A stretch of DNA of 45,170 nucleotides from Callorhinchus milii (lineage: Eukaryota), in the NCBI RefSeq assembly GCF_018977255.1, contig NW_024705431.1, positions 1-45,170 on the forward strand, written 5' to 3'. Each line of letters starts with the position of its first letter. Position 1 is the stretch's first letter. This document shows, piece by piece, positions 22,844 to 36,494 of the stretch. A program made the translations under genes and the position numbers. The notes beneath the pieces were generated by a model, which did not search any database, had not been told where the DNA came from, and worked only from the letters and a program-made list of their open reading frames with translations.

Positions 22844-23044
22844 CTTCTTGGTTCTTTCGGTAAAGTCACGTAGAAGGGAAGTAATAAAACAATAAAATAA
22901 AACATAATAAAATAATTCTCACGACGTTTCGGCCACAACACAAGTAGCCGTCCTCAGGTGAAGACAGGTCTGTCGAGGCGACAGCGTCTAAAAGAAAACA
23001 CCACCACGCTTGGAGCGTCTATTTAAGCTGGGTTGGAAGGGGGA
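22844..23044 (-). mobile_element. Short Penelope-type element with an intact hammerhead (22916-22962), inserted in the Vingi-like LINE
   Basis: Minus strand ttcac-CTGAGGA-c-GGCTAC-ttgtgtt-GTGGCC-GAAACGTC-gtgag; flanked by TAACCT repeats (22838-22843 and 23045-23050). Confidence 0.85.
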
Positions 23045-26000
23045 TAACCTGTAGAGGAGAAGTTTGGGCAGCAAATGGGACTGGCATAATTGATGTTGGG
23101 ACGTCCAATGGATTTGTAGGTTAGGAGTAAGTCTCCTTTTGTTGACCCCAAGATGTGCCGGCTAAAGCGCGTAAGATTTTATTTCATTTGTTAATTTTTG
23201 CAGGGACGTTTCTGCCGTGTTGAGTGAAGCTGAACATGGTGTCAAAAGTTACACCTAGAGTTTTGGGCGTTTTTGCTAGTGGGAGGGCATTGGTTGTTTA
23301 TTATGACGTTGGGATGTAAGTTGGCTTGATGCGGATCAGGTGTGAAAGGGTGACTGTTGATTTGGATGTTGAGAGTTGAAGTGATCTATTGGCTAGGAAA
23401 GTACTGAGCCGTTTTAGATAGGAGTTGATGGAGTTTTCCATTTTGGGTATATTTTGATTAGAAGTGTAAACTGTGATGTCGTCGGTATATCCGACTACTT
23501 GTACTCCTTTTGGAGGAGTTGGTAGATCGTGGAGGTAGGTGTTGAACAGCGCTGGGGATATTATGGAACCTTGTGGTACTCCTGCATGAATGTTACGTGA
23601 GGAGGATTGAATATCACGAAAGAGAGTGCATGATTGGTGGCCCATTAGATAATTTGTAAGCCAGCAAACAAGGCCTGATGGTAGCGTAGAACCCTGGATA
23701 ATGTTGATGAGCGTGAGGTGGTTAACGGTGTCGAAAGCTATTGTAAGGTCAAGGATGCGACGATAGTGGGGATGGAGGCTTTTTCTCGTTGAAACCGTTA
23801 GCAATTTGGGTGGTTAGGTTGAGAAGAGATGTTGTTGTTGAGTGTGCAGGGCGAAAGCCATGTTGGTGAGATGATGGAGGTAGGTTGGTGGTGATGATTA
23901 GAAGGATGAGGGCCTCTAAAATCTTAATTGATGTGCAAAGTAGGGAAATCGGCCTGTAGGACGTTGCTTGATTTAGGTCTTTGCCGGGTTTTGAAAGTGG
24001 GATGATTGTCCATGATTTTCAGATGGCCAGAATGAGGTTGCACTGGAGTGAGGCGTTAATGGTGGAGGCGAGAAACTTTATGCCAAGGGGGCCGAGGTGT
24101 TTGAGGTGGGTCATAGCTATGCCATCGGGCCAATTGCGGAATAATATGTGGGTTTTTTGATAGCTAGTTTCACCTCTTCAAGGCTAAATTGGGGGGCGTC
24201 GTTTAGAGGTAGTTCCTTGATTTGAGCGATTTTTTGACGGGTGGATTTATTGGAAGAGTGTGGGACGACTGATGAAAAAGTTTGTTGAAGTGGTTGGTGA
24301 TGTTATTGTTGTTTATGTCGGATTTGTTGTTGAAATTGATTGCGCAATTGGGTGGCGGTTTGGAGTGTCCGTCTAAGGCTTTGATGGTCTTCCAAAGTTT
24401 TGATGAGTTTTGGCGGTGGTCAAAAGATTCAACAAACTCGTGCCAGCGTTCTGTTTTGGCTTGATTGATTAGCTTTGTGATTTCAATATTGAAGGCTGGG
24501 ATTTGTAGTGAAGTAGGATTTTTAGTCCTAATAGTGTTTCGTTGGTTTATTAGCGTTGAGGCTTCTTTAGGGAGGCAGGGAAGGTGTTGCTTGTAGCAAC
24601 CCGCCGGGATGGTGTGCTTGGTGGTAGTTGCGATGATGTTTCTGAAAATCTTTTCAGAGTTATGTGCGGATGTGTGGATATGGTTGATGTTGTCGGCGAA
24701 TAATGCTTCTGATTCTGAAGTAAAAAGTGGCCAGTTGGCTTTTTTAAACTTGTAATACAAGCGGTTTTTAGGAGTTTGTGAAGGCTTGGCGGCATTGAGG
24801 GTCAACACAATAGGTAGGTGGTCGGATCCAAGGGCCGTAAAGACTTGCCAGTCGATTGATGAAAGGAAGTTTCCTGACGCTATTGAGATATCTGGTGAGG
24901 ATGAAGGGCCAGATGACGGAACTCTGGTTTGCATCTTTTCATTGAGTACCCCATAGGGGGAGCCGTTGAAGATACCTGCAATGAGGTCGCCACGTGCATC
25001 TGAAAGGGAAGAGTGCCAAAGTTTGTTGTGGGCGTTGAAATCTCCAATAACAATTGAGTCGTTGTTTGGTAAAAGTCGATTTATATTGAACTGATAGTTG
25101 CGAGGGCAAGAACTGGTCGGTGGGATGTAGACGTTGATTATAGTGAGTGGGCCTAGATGGGATTTGATACGGACGCTTAAGACTTCTGTGGTGATATCAG
25201 AAGGAGGCATTGGGATTTTATTTCTTCAAATTGAATGCTGTTATGGATGAGGAAAGCTCGACCGCCACCAGCTGTTGGTCGGTCTCGACGGAGGAAAGTG
25301 AAATTTTGAAAGTTGGGTGGGCGAGAAGTGGATTTTAATTTTGTTTCTTGGATGGCGGCTATATTAATGGAGTTTTGTTGTAGGAAGGTGCTGAGTTCAA
25401 GAGATTTGTTGTTGATGCCGTTGATGTTTAGTTGAAGGATTTTTAGGTCGTTTTTGTTGTGGACGTTTTGTTGTGGTTGAAACGGTGGTTGCAATGGATG
25501 AGGTGGTGGTGCTAGTGTGGTTGTGCAAGGTGGAGTTGTTGGAGTGGATGATGTACAACATTTGCAGAACCAGCCGGAATTTGAACTGGCGATGTGGGCT
25601 AAAGTAGTGCAGCGTTTGTGGTACCAAGCTTTACAACCGTTGCATTGGATAGAATTTGCATTGACGTTCTTGCCGCAGCCGCCACAAGGGAAAAACGGGC
25701 CTGGATTCAATTCGACGTCCCCAGCAATAATGAGAAGCCAGCTCCAGTAAGCCGGGAGGCCTGGGCTGGCTGGCGAAAAACAGGAAAGTGCGAGGGGTGA
25801 TGATGTTGCCATTTCCAAGTGCTTTCGTAGTACTTGGTCTCTCCACTCCGAACAAGCAGCAACACTGGAGAGACCTGTGTCTGTCTCGTGACTCCTCGCC
25901 AGAAAACCTTCAATGCTTAAAGTGCATTCTTTTCTGGCACAAGCGCGACGATGACGTCACATCACATCCAAAACGGTCAATAGATGGCGACGACTTGGGA

Positions 26001-26526
26001 ATAACTTCATCCCGCATTGGAATTAATACGATCTAACGGTGAATGTTTGCGGTGCGTATCATACATGGGAAAACAATTCAAATCACAGTTCATTCGCTAT
26101 GGGTCTCATGCCTTGTGATTGATATAAATGTCCATGTGCAACCCTTTTTTCATACCACTGCTGGATACAAGCCTCCTCATACCACGTGGGCCGTCGGGAT
26201 GATTTGACAATATTTTAAGCTGGTCAGTGTGGGTTGGTAAAGGTGGGGAACATAGATGTAGGAGCAATATATGAAAAATAAGAATAGGTTTTACCCTTTC
26301 TGGCAAGAAAACACGTGTTTAAGATGTTAACACAGCAAATAAATATATATTGCAACTAATCAAGTCTGCATTAACCACGTGTACTTGTGGTCTTTGAAAC
26401 TGATTGGTATAGGCCAATCTGTTTAAAAGACAATGCATATATTATCAGAGCATGTTTGTTTGCATGCTCACCACATGTACGTGTGGTTAATACAGACTCG
26501 ATTCCTTGCAAAAGGTATCTTTCTTA

Positions 26527-26775
<249 letters not shown>

Positions 26776-28009
26776 TTATTGAATACATTTATAACGGTCA
26801 ACTTCAGTTGTCATTAACATTGAAGCAACTGGCATTTCTGGAATGCTCAAATTGGCCACACGGTGAGCTGGGTACGACTTTATTGTCAGCGCCGCTCACT
26901 TTTACACAGCTTTAGGATAGTGATTTTTTTTTAAACCTCGCTTTGTTCAAGAGTGGGGTGACTGCAGCCATCGTAAAGAAAACTGTTGGGCACCGTTCCA
27001 GTCTCATGAGACTTGGTGAAGAGGCCAACAACGAAGGGCCCTCAATGCAGAAAAGGTTTTCCTGCAATCGTCCACAATGGGTGGGGGGGTCCAATTGGGC
27101 AACAGGTAGATCGGGGAATCACAGCGATCAGAGAGGTCAGTTGCAAAGTTGCGATTCGCGGGGAACTTCACCAACAAAGTGCCCTCACTTTCTCCGCCGC
27201 ATTAGGAATCGTGGGTGCCGTAAAATAACCTTTATTTTAAATTTTACTTGCAAACTACAACCTATTTCCTAATTCGGCACCTAACTAGCGTAGTCAAATA
27301 TGATTACACTCAGGATATTTTTTGTTTACAATTAAACTCTTTAATGATAAATAAATAAAACCGCGAACAGCCACTGAGCACAGCCGTAGCTCCACCCTTA
27401 TTTTGACCCAAAATCAAACCTGTCAACCCCTTTTCAGTGCCCCTACCTCATTACAGACCAATTCAGACCTTATTGGTCACCCCGTGCCCTTATTAATCTC
27501 AACGTTCATCCTACAAAGTCCCATAGCAAGGGAGAAACAGAAACAAATAGACAAAAAAATGTGCCTGTATTGAAACGGCTGTACGCCTTATGGGCCTAAG
27601 AAATAAATTCCCTGTACGAGAATACCGGGTAAACCCGTATGGGTTGACGGCTATGTTGAACGTCCGTAATATGAATGCCTCCACCCCTTTTAACCCACAT
27701 GTAGCTTGCCTAACACGTAGGCTTTCGCGACCAATATTATTCCTAATTACCATAATTCTCTCTCTATCCATAATAGAGAGGATAGCTACATGGGTAGTGC
27801 TGCTTAAAGGCGAATCATCAAGTCATACACTGTTTAACTGCATGCCTATACAGGCTACCATACGTCGATAGTGATTATCTGTGAGCAGACAACAAGTACT
27901 GCAATTTCCGTGTACACAAAGAAACGGCAAGATATACGTGCATAATGTGCATGTATAATGTGTGTTGATTACCATATGAATAACCTGACCGGTACTGGAT
28001 ATTCATTGT

Positions 28010-28240
28010 AATGTATATGCATTCATTAACCACCCCCCTGTGCACCCCTCTGTCATTTGCACCTGATTGGCTTACAACTGACGATATCACATCGACCCCT
28101 CTATTTAAGAAGGAAACCGGAGGATTTATCCACAAATCTGGCTGTCACCTGATGATGCCAGTTATAATTACTGGCAAAACATCGTACTCGAATTGTAAAT
28201 GTTGTGGCTTTATTCTCCAACACACCGGTGTGCTGTACTA
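28010..28240 (+). mobile_element. Second Penelope-type pLTR family with a degenerate hammerhead
   Basis: CTGATGA-t-GCCAGT-tataatt-ACTGGC-AAAAC at 28149; inverted homolog at 17640-17905. Confidence 0.6.
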
Positions 28241-28327
28241 GTAACGAATTGGCATGTTTTGTATAACTCTGACAATCTGTTAATCATACCGCATCGCAGA
28301 TTAAGTACCAGTATAAGCAATACTTAC

Positions 28328-28451
28328 TCAAACAGTTAGGGCAGCTGAAAGAATTGATGACTGCGTCACTTCCATAGTCATAAACAATGGGGTAGGCAGG
28401 CCCGTTATTGGTGGGACAGCTTCCGGAATTGTACGTTAACGGGAAGAAATT
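28328..28451 (-). CDS. itln: Gene B exon 5
   Basis: 124 nt; NFFPLTYNSGSCPTNNGPAYPIVYDYGSDAVINSFSCPNCL. Confidence 0.92.
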
Positions 28452-29044
28452 CTGCCAACAAAAGGAGAACCATCAATCAATATTTACTTAAAACAACAGA
28501 ACAATGTTGCGCCACTTAAAATGTGTTTTTTCATGTGCATTGATGTGTACGCTCCCATTAAGATCACCCATATCATGTATGGTTTCCTTTTCGTCAAATC
28601 ACTGCTAGATTAAGGTCTACCTACACAATGTGGGTCATAGGGGTTACTTGGCCATACATCAGCACATTGGTCAAGTGCAGATTGGTGGAGGTAGGGAGCT
28701 ATATATGGAGGCATAGACATACATAGGAACATACATTGCTCCACTGTCCATTGCTATCCACTAAAGTCCTGAAGGCGCGATAACAACCTGTTCCTACTGG
28801 TCAATGGGTATTAATTTCCACCAGAGCTATCTGGGGCTGAGCTCCAGAAAAATATTCATTAAATTAAGCTTGCTGGTCACTCATTCAATCACTATGCAAG
28901 CACAACCCTGATTAGCTTCTGAGATCTGACAAGTTCGGTGCCTTCAAGGTGGTTTGGTCAAAGACATATCACATCGCAGTACAATTTTTATATGAAGTTT
29001 TCAACCTCATGAATCACAATGACAAGTCAGACAAAGGACTCTAC

Positions 29045-29201
29045 CTTGAAAAAGGAGTAAAGCTTCCTCCAAAGGCACCCAGAAACTTCGACTCCGTGTG
29101 GTAGCGGAAGAGCGATGATGTCTTCCACGCAGGCAGAGGAGTCCCATTGGGAACATGCCACACTGCTATGTCATTTGCTCCAGATCGTAATATCCCGGGT
29201 T
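29045..29201 (-). CDS. itln: Gene B exon 4 (two 1-nt deletions)
   Basis: NPGYYDLE / ANDIAVWHVPNGTPLPAWKTSSLFRYHTESKFLGAFGG / YSFFK read across frames; AG and GT ends intact. Confidence 0.88.
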
Positions 29202-29769
29202 CTGAATAAATTAAACACACAGGCAGCAGAGCTATGATGAACCACTTAACTGAGTGCAACGAGGGGGCAGACACGAGAATTTACTCATTGACATGTGTTG
29301 CTTGTTTCAGTTCCTTCACATAGAATAAAATAAAAACATTGACACATATTTCTTATCTATATTAGCAGACTTTACACAATTGTTTGTATGTTTTTCTCCC
29401 AAGTATCATTTGGGTTTGGGAGATCCAGAGCACGACACGTTGGACATTTGCGAACTGTATATATATAAATACTGTATATGTATGTTGAATTTCTTTCTCA
29501 CCGTACATAGTTAACTGCGCTAATCGGAGTCTTCTTCTTCAGAGGTGGGAGAGAAGGGATAGGTCGGAGGGTAACATGAAGGTCATAGTGAATAGACAGT
29601 GATTAGGAGAGCAGAGATCAGTGGTGATGAGCGAAGCAGTGCAATAGAAGAACTCCAAAGTGTTGTCATATATATGTGTAGAGTAATAGTGCCGACTGCC
29701 GACTGAAAGTGGTAACTGCAGTGTACGACAGTACACATGTCAACAGGCGACAGCATACACGGGGAGAAG

Positions 29770-30035
29770 ACAACTAAGGCAGAGTTCATGGAGGGGTCCG
29801 TCTGGAAGCCCTGGGAACCTGCCAGTAGGTTCCAGAAGGGGGCGTGGCCAGGGCGGAGCAAGGCCACTCCGGGAGGATAAAAGAGGGGGCCCTCAGCGAG
29901 AGCTCGGGGCTGTTGCTGGAAGCGGATTCCCTCACCACCGTCGTCGCCACCGTCTTCACCAACACTGGACACCGCTAGCTAGACAGCCTGCCAACTGTTC
30001 TAGCTAGAGAGTGCTGCCGACGATAAACGGTTCTG
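29770..30035 (+). mobile_element. LTR-like repeat family (homologs at about 35130-35340 and 38415-39046)
   Basis: Shared ttcgagaagg..gcgtggccagggcggagc block followed by a TATA-like site; the 38415-39046 copy has AATAAA and ends CATTACA. Confidence 0.55.
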
Positions 30036-30109
30036 TGTGATATATATAGTGTACACCCACGTAGGGTGTGTGTCGTCCCCATTGTGGGTGGAATAAAGAA
30101 GGTGCCTCC

Positions 30110-30960
30110 AATAACTACTGTCTCCAAACTGTGTCACTACATACGGATGGGGTGGGGGGTGGAAGAAGGCATAGATTAAAGGAGCCTCTTAGAGGGAGGA
30201 AAACTGTGGAGATTCTAGGGCATATTGAGGTGGAGTTGAAGTTATCTGTGAGAATGAGGGGGTGGGGGAAGAGGGGAAATAGAGGCAAAAAGGCAGTCGA
30301 TATGGTCGAAGAAGGATGCAGGGGACCTGGTGGGCAATACATTTTAAGGAATGAGATGGAATGAGGACAGGAAAAAGAAGAGGGTTGCAACTCGAAAGAG
30401 CAAATGAAAGAGAGGAGGGGAATGAGACCAGAGAGAGGAGATGAAAAGACCAACACCACCACCTTTCTTCCAGCAGTCTGGGGAGAGTGAATAAATAAAG
30501 AGCATAAAGAGGAGAGAGCAGCAGGGGTTGCAGTGTTGATGGTAGCAAGTTTTAGTGAAACCAGGGCGTCAAGGTGTGGGGAGAAGAAGGCATCCAGAGT
30601 GGCAGCAGTTGTATTACAAACAGAGCGTGAATTCTAGAGACCACGTTTCAAGTGGGGGAGACGGGGGGAGGGGAGTAGGGAGGGGAGAGAAGAGGTTGGT
30701 GGGGGGTATGGGGAAAACATTGATGAGATTGTAGGGAATGGATTGATGGCGATGGGAGGCAGAGGAATAAAAGGGATGACACGATGGATGGGAGTGAGTG
30801 AAGATAAGAATGGGAGCGGGGTGGGAGTGAGAGAGGTAGGGTCAGGGGACTACTATGTGTAGTTTGCAGTGAAGGTACCCAGGTAGGGGGGAGGAGCATG
30901 GCGTGTGGCCTCTGCCGCCACGGCAGCCCTGACAACGGTGCCTCTGACGTTGGCCATTTA
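30110..30960 (-). mobile_element. Highly degenerate L2/CR1-type LINE endonuclease remnant
   Basis: Fragments HSPRL, GGGVG, SFELQ, YCPPGP, PLILTDNFN across frames. Confidence 0.5.
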
Positions 30961-31427
30961 AGAGACCAAGTTTGCGACGCACTGAGCCAATAACTCATTG
31001 TGGGCCCCAGATGAGTGGGTGAGAATGCATTGTAGATTAGAGAATTCACAATCTCTTATACCTATCTTCTTGAAAACAAGGAAATCAAGAGGCGTTGCCA
31101 AAATCGCAGAAAATAATTTGCCCCACCACGTGAGTGTATTTGTGTCTGCGTGAGAGTCTCTGTATTTATATGCAAGTCTCTGTGTGCGTCTCCCTGTGTC
31201 TGCGTCTCCGTGTCTGTGTGTGAGTACCTGGTGCAGTGTGTGAACATAGCCACTTGGGACACAAATGCGGCCGGAGTGGTGCTGGTCACCCATCCCTCTC
31301 GTGTGCCGTGCCGGCATTCATAGGTCCTCACTAACAACTGTTTCCCCAAAAGTATGTTAAGGCTGGATGTGGGTCTTTGTGTGAATGTATTCTCCTACGT
31401 CAGCAGTCCTCCTGCTGTGTTTGTTTC

Positions 31428-31560
31428 ACACCTGATGACGGTTGCTTGTGTTGCGATCGAAACGTGTGTGATCTATTATTTTTTGCTATCTACGTGACTT
31501 TAACGAAAGAACGAAAGAGTATGGATTCCTGCAGTCACGAAAGCTTTAAATCAAGATTTA
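31428..31560 (+). mobile_element. Penelope-type repeat with a hammerhead motif (cleavage triplet mutated to GTG)
   Basis: CTGATGA-c-GGTTGC-ttgtgtt-GCGATC-GAAACGTG, then tail tacgtgacttt..gcagtcacgaaagc. Confidence 0.75.
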
Positions 31561-31946
31561 ATGTATTCGTTACTGTGTGTGTCTGTAAGTGTTTCTGTGT
31601 TTGTGTCTCCGTGTCTGTGTGTCTCAGTAGCTGTCTCCATGTCTGTGTTGTCTCTGTGTCTGTGTGCAAGCTGCACTTTAATACTATCACAAAGTGAGCT
31701 GCACTCTTAACACCTTTATACAAAGGTAGGCACCACTGATGCACACCGTTGTTGTTGTTTACATGACTGCTTTAATGTGTTGAATCATCCTTTCTTGGTA
31801 CAAATTTGTACTTTTGCCTGCTCTGACTTAGAAATCACCAGCCATCAGTTTTTTCACGCACTATTCCACTAGGTATGGGTCACAGAAAACGATCTGGCTG
31901 CCTCAGGAAGGTTGTGAGTTGGGGAAATTTTATAACCCCTGCTCTA

Positions 31947-32483
<537 letters not shown>

Positions 32484-33172
32484 TCACTGGGTGAAAGGGG
32501 GTGCATCACGTGGTAGAAATCGAGGGCATGGTTTTGTGGCATCACAGCCATGAACAGACCCCACCTACATCCCAGATGAGGGGTCCGGGATCCAAGGGAG
32601 GGTTGAGGAGGTAGGGGACGAGCGGCAGGAAGTGGGGGGACGTGACAGTTGGTGGTTGGACAATGGGCGTGGGTGGTGAGGCTTGACCAGGAGTCGGCAA
32701 CCGTTCAAAGTATGAGGATAGATTTTTTTTTTGTCTTTGACCAAAATATTTCGAGAGCCGCATCGCACCCAGAGCGACTTTTACACAACCACAGCAGGTA
32801 TACAGCAAATGACAAATTATGACTATAAATAAGCTATGAATACTACAACTTTTTTTATTTTACCAAGTAAGGCCCACTGAGCTCTACAAGCAGTCCTCGA
32901 CTAACGAATGCCCGACTTACGAACACCCGTACTTACTAACCAGCTTCCATGAAGTGAAAAAAAAAATTTCCTTGACATGCAAACTCGCAATTGCAAACTA
33001 TTTTGTTCAGAGAAGCGAGATGCGGGGAGATGGGGGCAGCCAAAGATGCCGCAGGTTGCCGACCCCTGGGCTTAAAGGTTGGAGTCGGATCCCCGATATC
33101 GGTGTGTCAGCTTAGTTAGGGGTAGATCTCAATTGAAGTATAAGACAGCATTGTGTAAGCATCTAGCCTCAC

Positions 33173-33301
33173 CTCTCTCTGTTTTTGTCTTCTGTTTGAT
33201 TTCAAGGCATGAGTGTGGCAGCTCCTCGGACCATTTCTTTTGTGAAATCTCACTGCAATCCTCTGCTGAGAAGCACACTGCTGTCCTCACAACAACGGCA
33301 C
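33173..33301 (-). CDS. itln: Gene B exon 2
   Basis: 129 nt; AVVVRTAVCFSAEDCSEISQKKWSEELPHSCLEIKQKTKTER. Confidence 0.88.
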
Positions 33302-33676
33302 CTGGAAGCACAAGGCATCAGTATCACCCAGATTCAAAGCCCACAAGCAAAGCACATCATGATTCTGTTGGCGATCCCCAGTCGGTGGTAGGCCTATCAC
33401 ATTTTATTGGTGGTAGACAGTCACCGCATATAACGATTACTGTTTATATCTGATTAATCTTAACGGTTGAACAAATTGAACTTCATTCAACTTTGTTGTC
33501 CTTCCCCCACACCTCTCATTAGCACGGTTGCCTATGTATGGTGCGAAAGAAGTTTAACATACATATACATGTTACTGCATAAGAGGGTAAAACTAAATAT
33601 ACAAACATGCAAAATATGTACTTGCGCACTGTATCGATTGCATCAATTTCGTGAACTTCAATAAAAAGGAACTCAC

Positions 33677-33728
33677 ATAAAAGTGCCGTAGAAATGCTCA
33701 GAAATGGCAACAATTTGAACAGCCCCAT
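33677..33728 (-). CDS. itln: Gene B exon 1 (signal peptide)
   Basis: MGLFKLLPFLSISTALL then gtgagt donor. Confidence 0.85.
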
Positions 33729-34865
33729 GGATAAGCAGAGAAACCACGCAACTCTCTATAACTCTACAGCGATCAATACAATTGTATTGTAAATACAATA
33801 CATACAAACCGCTGCAGGTAACAAAACCCCCAATGCAACTTTGCGAAGATTTACTTGAGCACTAGAGTGCGAACAGAATCGGTTATTAGTATAAGACACC
33901 AGCCTTGCAGACTGCAGCAGGAGTTGTCAGCTCTGTGAGCATTGGGCAGACATTTATAGTTTAATGCCTGCTTACAGCAACCAATCAGGAAAGTGTATTG
34001 TGGCAGGAAATAGGTGATATGCAAATATGTTCAGGGACAGGGAAGTTAAATATCCCATAGTACTCATAACAATGTCCTCATCTACAAAAAATGATATTAT
34101 GCAAATCCACCATTCACAACTGCGTCCCCCTCCCCCCTAGCTATAGGAATATAAATGTGGTGAACTTAGGACCTCGCACAAATGCTCAGAAACGGAGACA
34201 ATTTTAACAGTCTCACGGTTAAGCAGCGAAACCACGCAACTCTCTATAACTTGACAGCGACAAGAGGAGCCAGTGAATACAAACCACTGTTTGGAACACA
34301 TCTCCTAACACAACTTGCAAATAGTTGCTGTGTGTGAGCACTAGAGTGAGAACAGAATTGGTGATTAGTTTAAGACACCAGCCTTGCAGATTACATCAGG
34401 AGTTGTCAGTTCTGTGAGCGTTTGGCAGAGATTAATACAGTTTAAAACCTACCTTTAGCAACGAATCAGGAAAGTGTATTCTGTGACAGGAAATAGGAGA
34501 TATGGAAATATGTTCAGGGACAGGGAAGTTAAATACCCCAAACTACTCTTAACAATGTCCTTATCTACAAAGAATAACGAGATGAATGTAAAAACACACA
34601 AATCTGGCATCTATATTATGCAAATCCACAATTCACAATAGCTAATGCATACTATGCGTATCCCCGTCCTAGCTACAGGGTTATAAATGTAGTGAACTTT
34701 AATTAAAAAAGGACCCACAAAAATGCTCAGAAAAGGTGACAATTGAAGATCAAACATGGATAAGCGGTGAAACCACTCAACTCTCTATAACTCTAAACTG
34801 CCCAGAGAATCTCATAAATACAAACCACTGCTGGGAACAAAACTCCCAACACAACTTGCGAACCC
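33690..34865 (-). repeat. Tandem triplication (about 490-540 bp unit) of the gene B promoter plus 5' part of exon 1
   Basis: Landmark AAATGCTCAG at about 33692, 34180 and 34721; repeated GAAACCAC..AACTCTCTATAAC blocks; octamer ATGCAAAT at 34019, 34099, 34618; TATAAA (minus) 33953-33958. Confidence 0.85.
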
Positions 34866-35369
34866 CCTGAAGGACCATAACCTTATTGTGGTGGTGGTGG
34901 GGTTTGCGTATTCCAATAACCCTCGGCTATGTCTGCCTGGAGTTTTGTACTCCTGGTAGGGTCTCTCTTCGCGAACAGGTCAGCGTGAAGGTTCCAGACA
35001 AATACCGGTCCAAACAAAAGCTCCTTATGAATCTGTAGTGTAATAGCGCCGGCTGGTGGACAACAGCAGCAACTGTGGTGGACAGATAATACACACGCCG
35101 GTGATATGTGTTGGCAGAGGGGTGGAACTAGGGCAAGGGTCACGGAGGACTCCATCTGGAGGCCCTGGAACCTGCTAGCGGGTTCGAGAAGGGAGGCGCG
35201 GTCAGGGCGGAGCCAGGCCGTGTTGGTAATATAAAAGGAGCCGAGAGCCAGAGCTTGAGGTTGCCGGTTCTGGGAGTGGACTCGCCTCTTCGTTGCTGTC
35301 GTCTCGTTGTCGTCGTCCCTAGACGTCTCCGCTAGATATTGCGCTATGAAGGAGAATAGTTCCTTCCCT

Positions 35370-36410
35370 TAGAATGGTACAATATACAAACTAGAGGAAT
35401 GTACCCCAATGGGTTCTCCCTTATTGCCAGTGGTAGCGAATGTTTTCATGGAGAAATTTGAGACAGATGCCATCCAGACATCCACCCTACGTCCTTCCTT
35501 GTGGAAGAGATACGTAGATGACACGTTCATCATCTGGCCACATGGCCAGCCAGCACTAAACCAATTCTTCAACCACATCAATTCCATACACCCGGCCATC
35601 AAATTCATCATGGAAGTGGAAAAGGGTAGCAAGTTACCATTTCTGGATGTTTTGATCGTGAAGAGGCCTGATGGCTCGTGACCCTGTCTACAGGAAAGCC
35701 ACCCACACGGATGCCTATCCAAAGGCTGAATCCCACCACCATCCAGCCCAGAAGAATTCCCTCTTCAAAACACTACACCATAGGGCCCGTTGCATCTCCG
35801 GCCAGCACCACCTAGCCAGCGAGCTGGAGCACGTACACCAAGCCCTCAGGATGAATGGATATTCCGACTGCACAATCCGCAAAACTGTCTCCCCAGCCAA
35901 GGGAGAAACCATCTGAGGACCCAATAAAAACCATCACCTTGCTGTACATAGCAGGGGTTGCCAAAAATATTTCCAAAATCTTAACAAACAAAAGATCCAG
36001 GTTCGTTTAAACACAGTACTACAAATCCGTGATTTGATCCCATCTGTAAAGGATGTGATTCCTGACATGCAATACCCTGGTGTCTACAAGCTAAGCTGTG
36101 GCTGCGGCAGCAGTTACATTGGGGAAATGAAACGACATATCTCGGACCATGTTCGTGAAAGCAAGGCAGATCTGAAACACGATAGGACCAATACCTCTGC
36201 CGTTGCTGATCATTGTTTTACACGCTGTGGGCTGACACAAAATAGATTTTTCCAAGACGAAGGTACTCTGCAAACCCACCGACTATCATCAGAGATTTGT
36301 TCATAAAGCCATTCAGATATATAAACACAGACAAAACTTCAACCGAGAGGATGGGTACAAACTGAGAAATCATTGGAAGGACGTTATTAACCAGGTTAAG
36401 TCTTAACTGA
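35370..36410 (+). mobile_element. 5'-truncated Penelope-like element: RT C-terminal half plus GIY-YIG endonuclease, disabled
   Basis: MGSPLLPVVANVFME, LWKRYVDDTF, LPFLDV, VYRKATHTD, SHHHPAQK, GVYKLSCGCGSSYIGE, NFNREDGY; stop at 35679 and frameshifts. Confidence 0.92.
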
Positions 36411-36494
36411 CTGTGATGTTTCCATCCTAACTGCCGATGTCAGCTGTTATTTCCGACTCTCTGAGTACATCACCAGTTTAAATGTCTTTACATT

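Larger units (their letters stand above)
21790..25900 (-). mobile_element. Near full-length degenerate Ingi/Vingi-like (I-group) LINE: 2A peptide, PHD finger, APE endonuclease, RT; in gene B intron 6
   Basis: GDVELNPGP (25696-25722); CxxC..CxxC..HxxC..WFCxxC; ILQLNINGI..AAIQETKL; IGDFNAH; LGSDHLPI; YRPISLL; GVPQGSIISPALFN; YTDD; C-terminal LAQLRSGYCS..RID..DLW..P; several frameshifts. Confidence 0.88.

Noticed and set aside
35370..36490. Penelope RT remnant as the direct parent of the hammerhead repeats
   Set aside because: No hammerhead or family tail seen at its 3' end, so the link cannot be shown from this window
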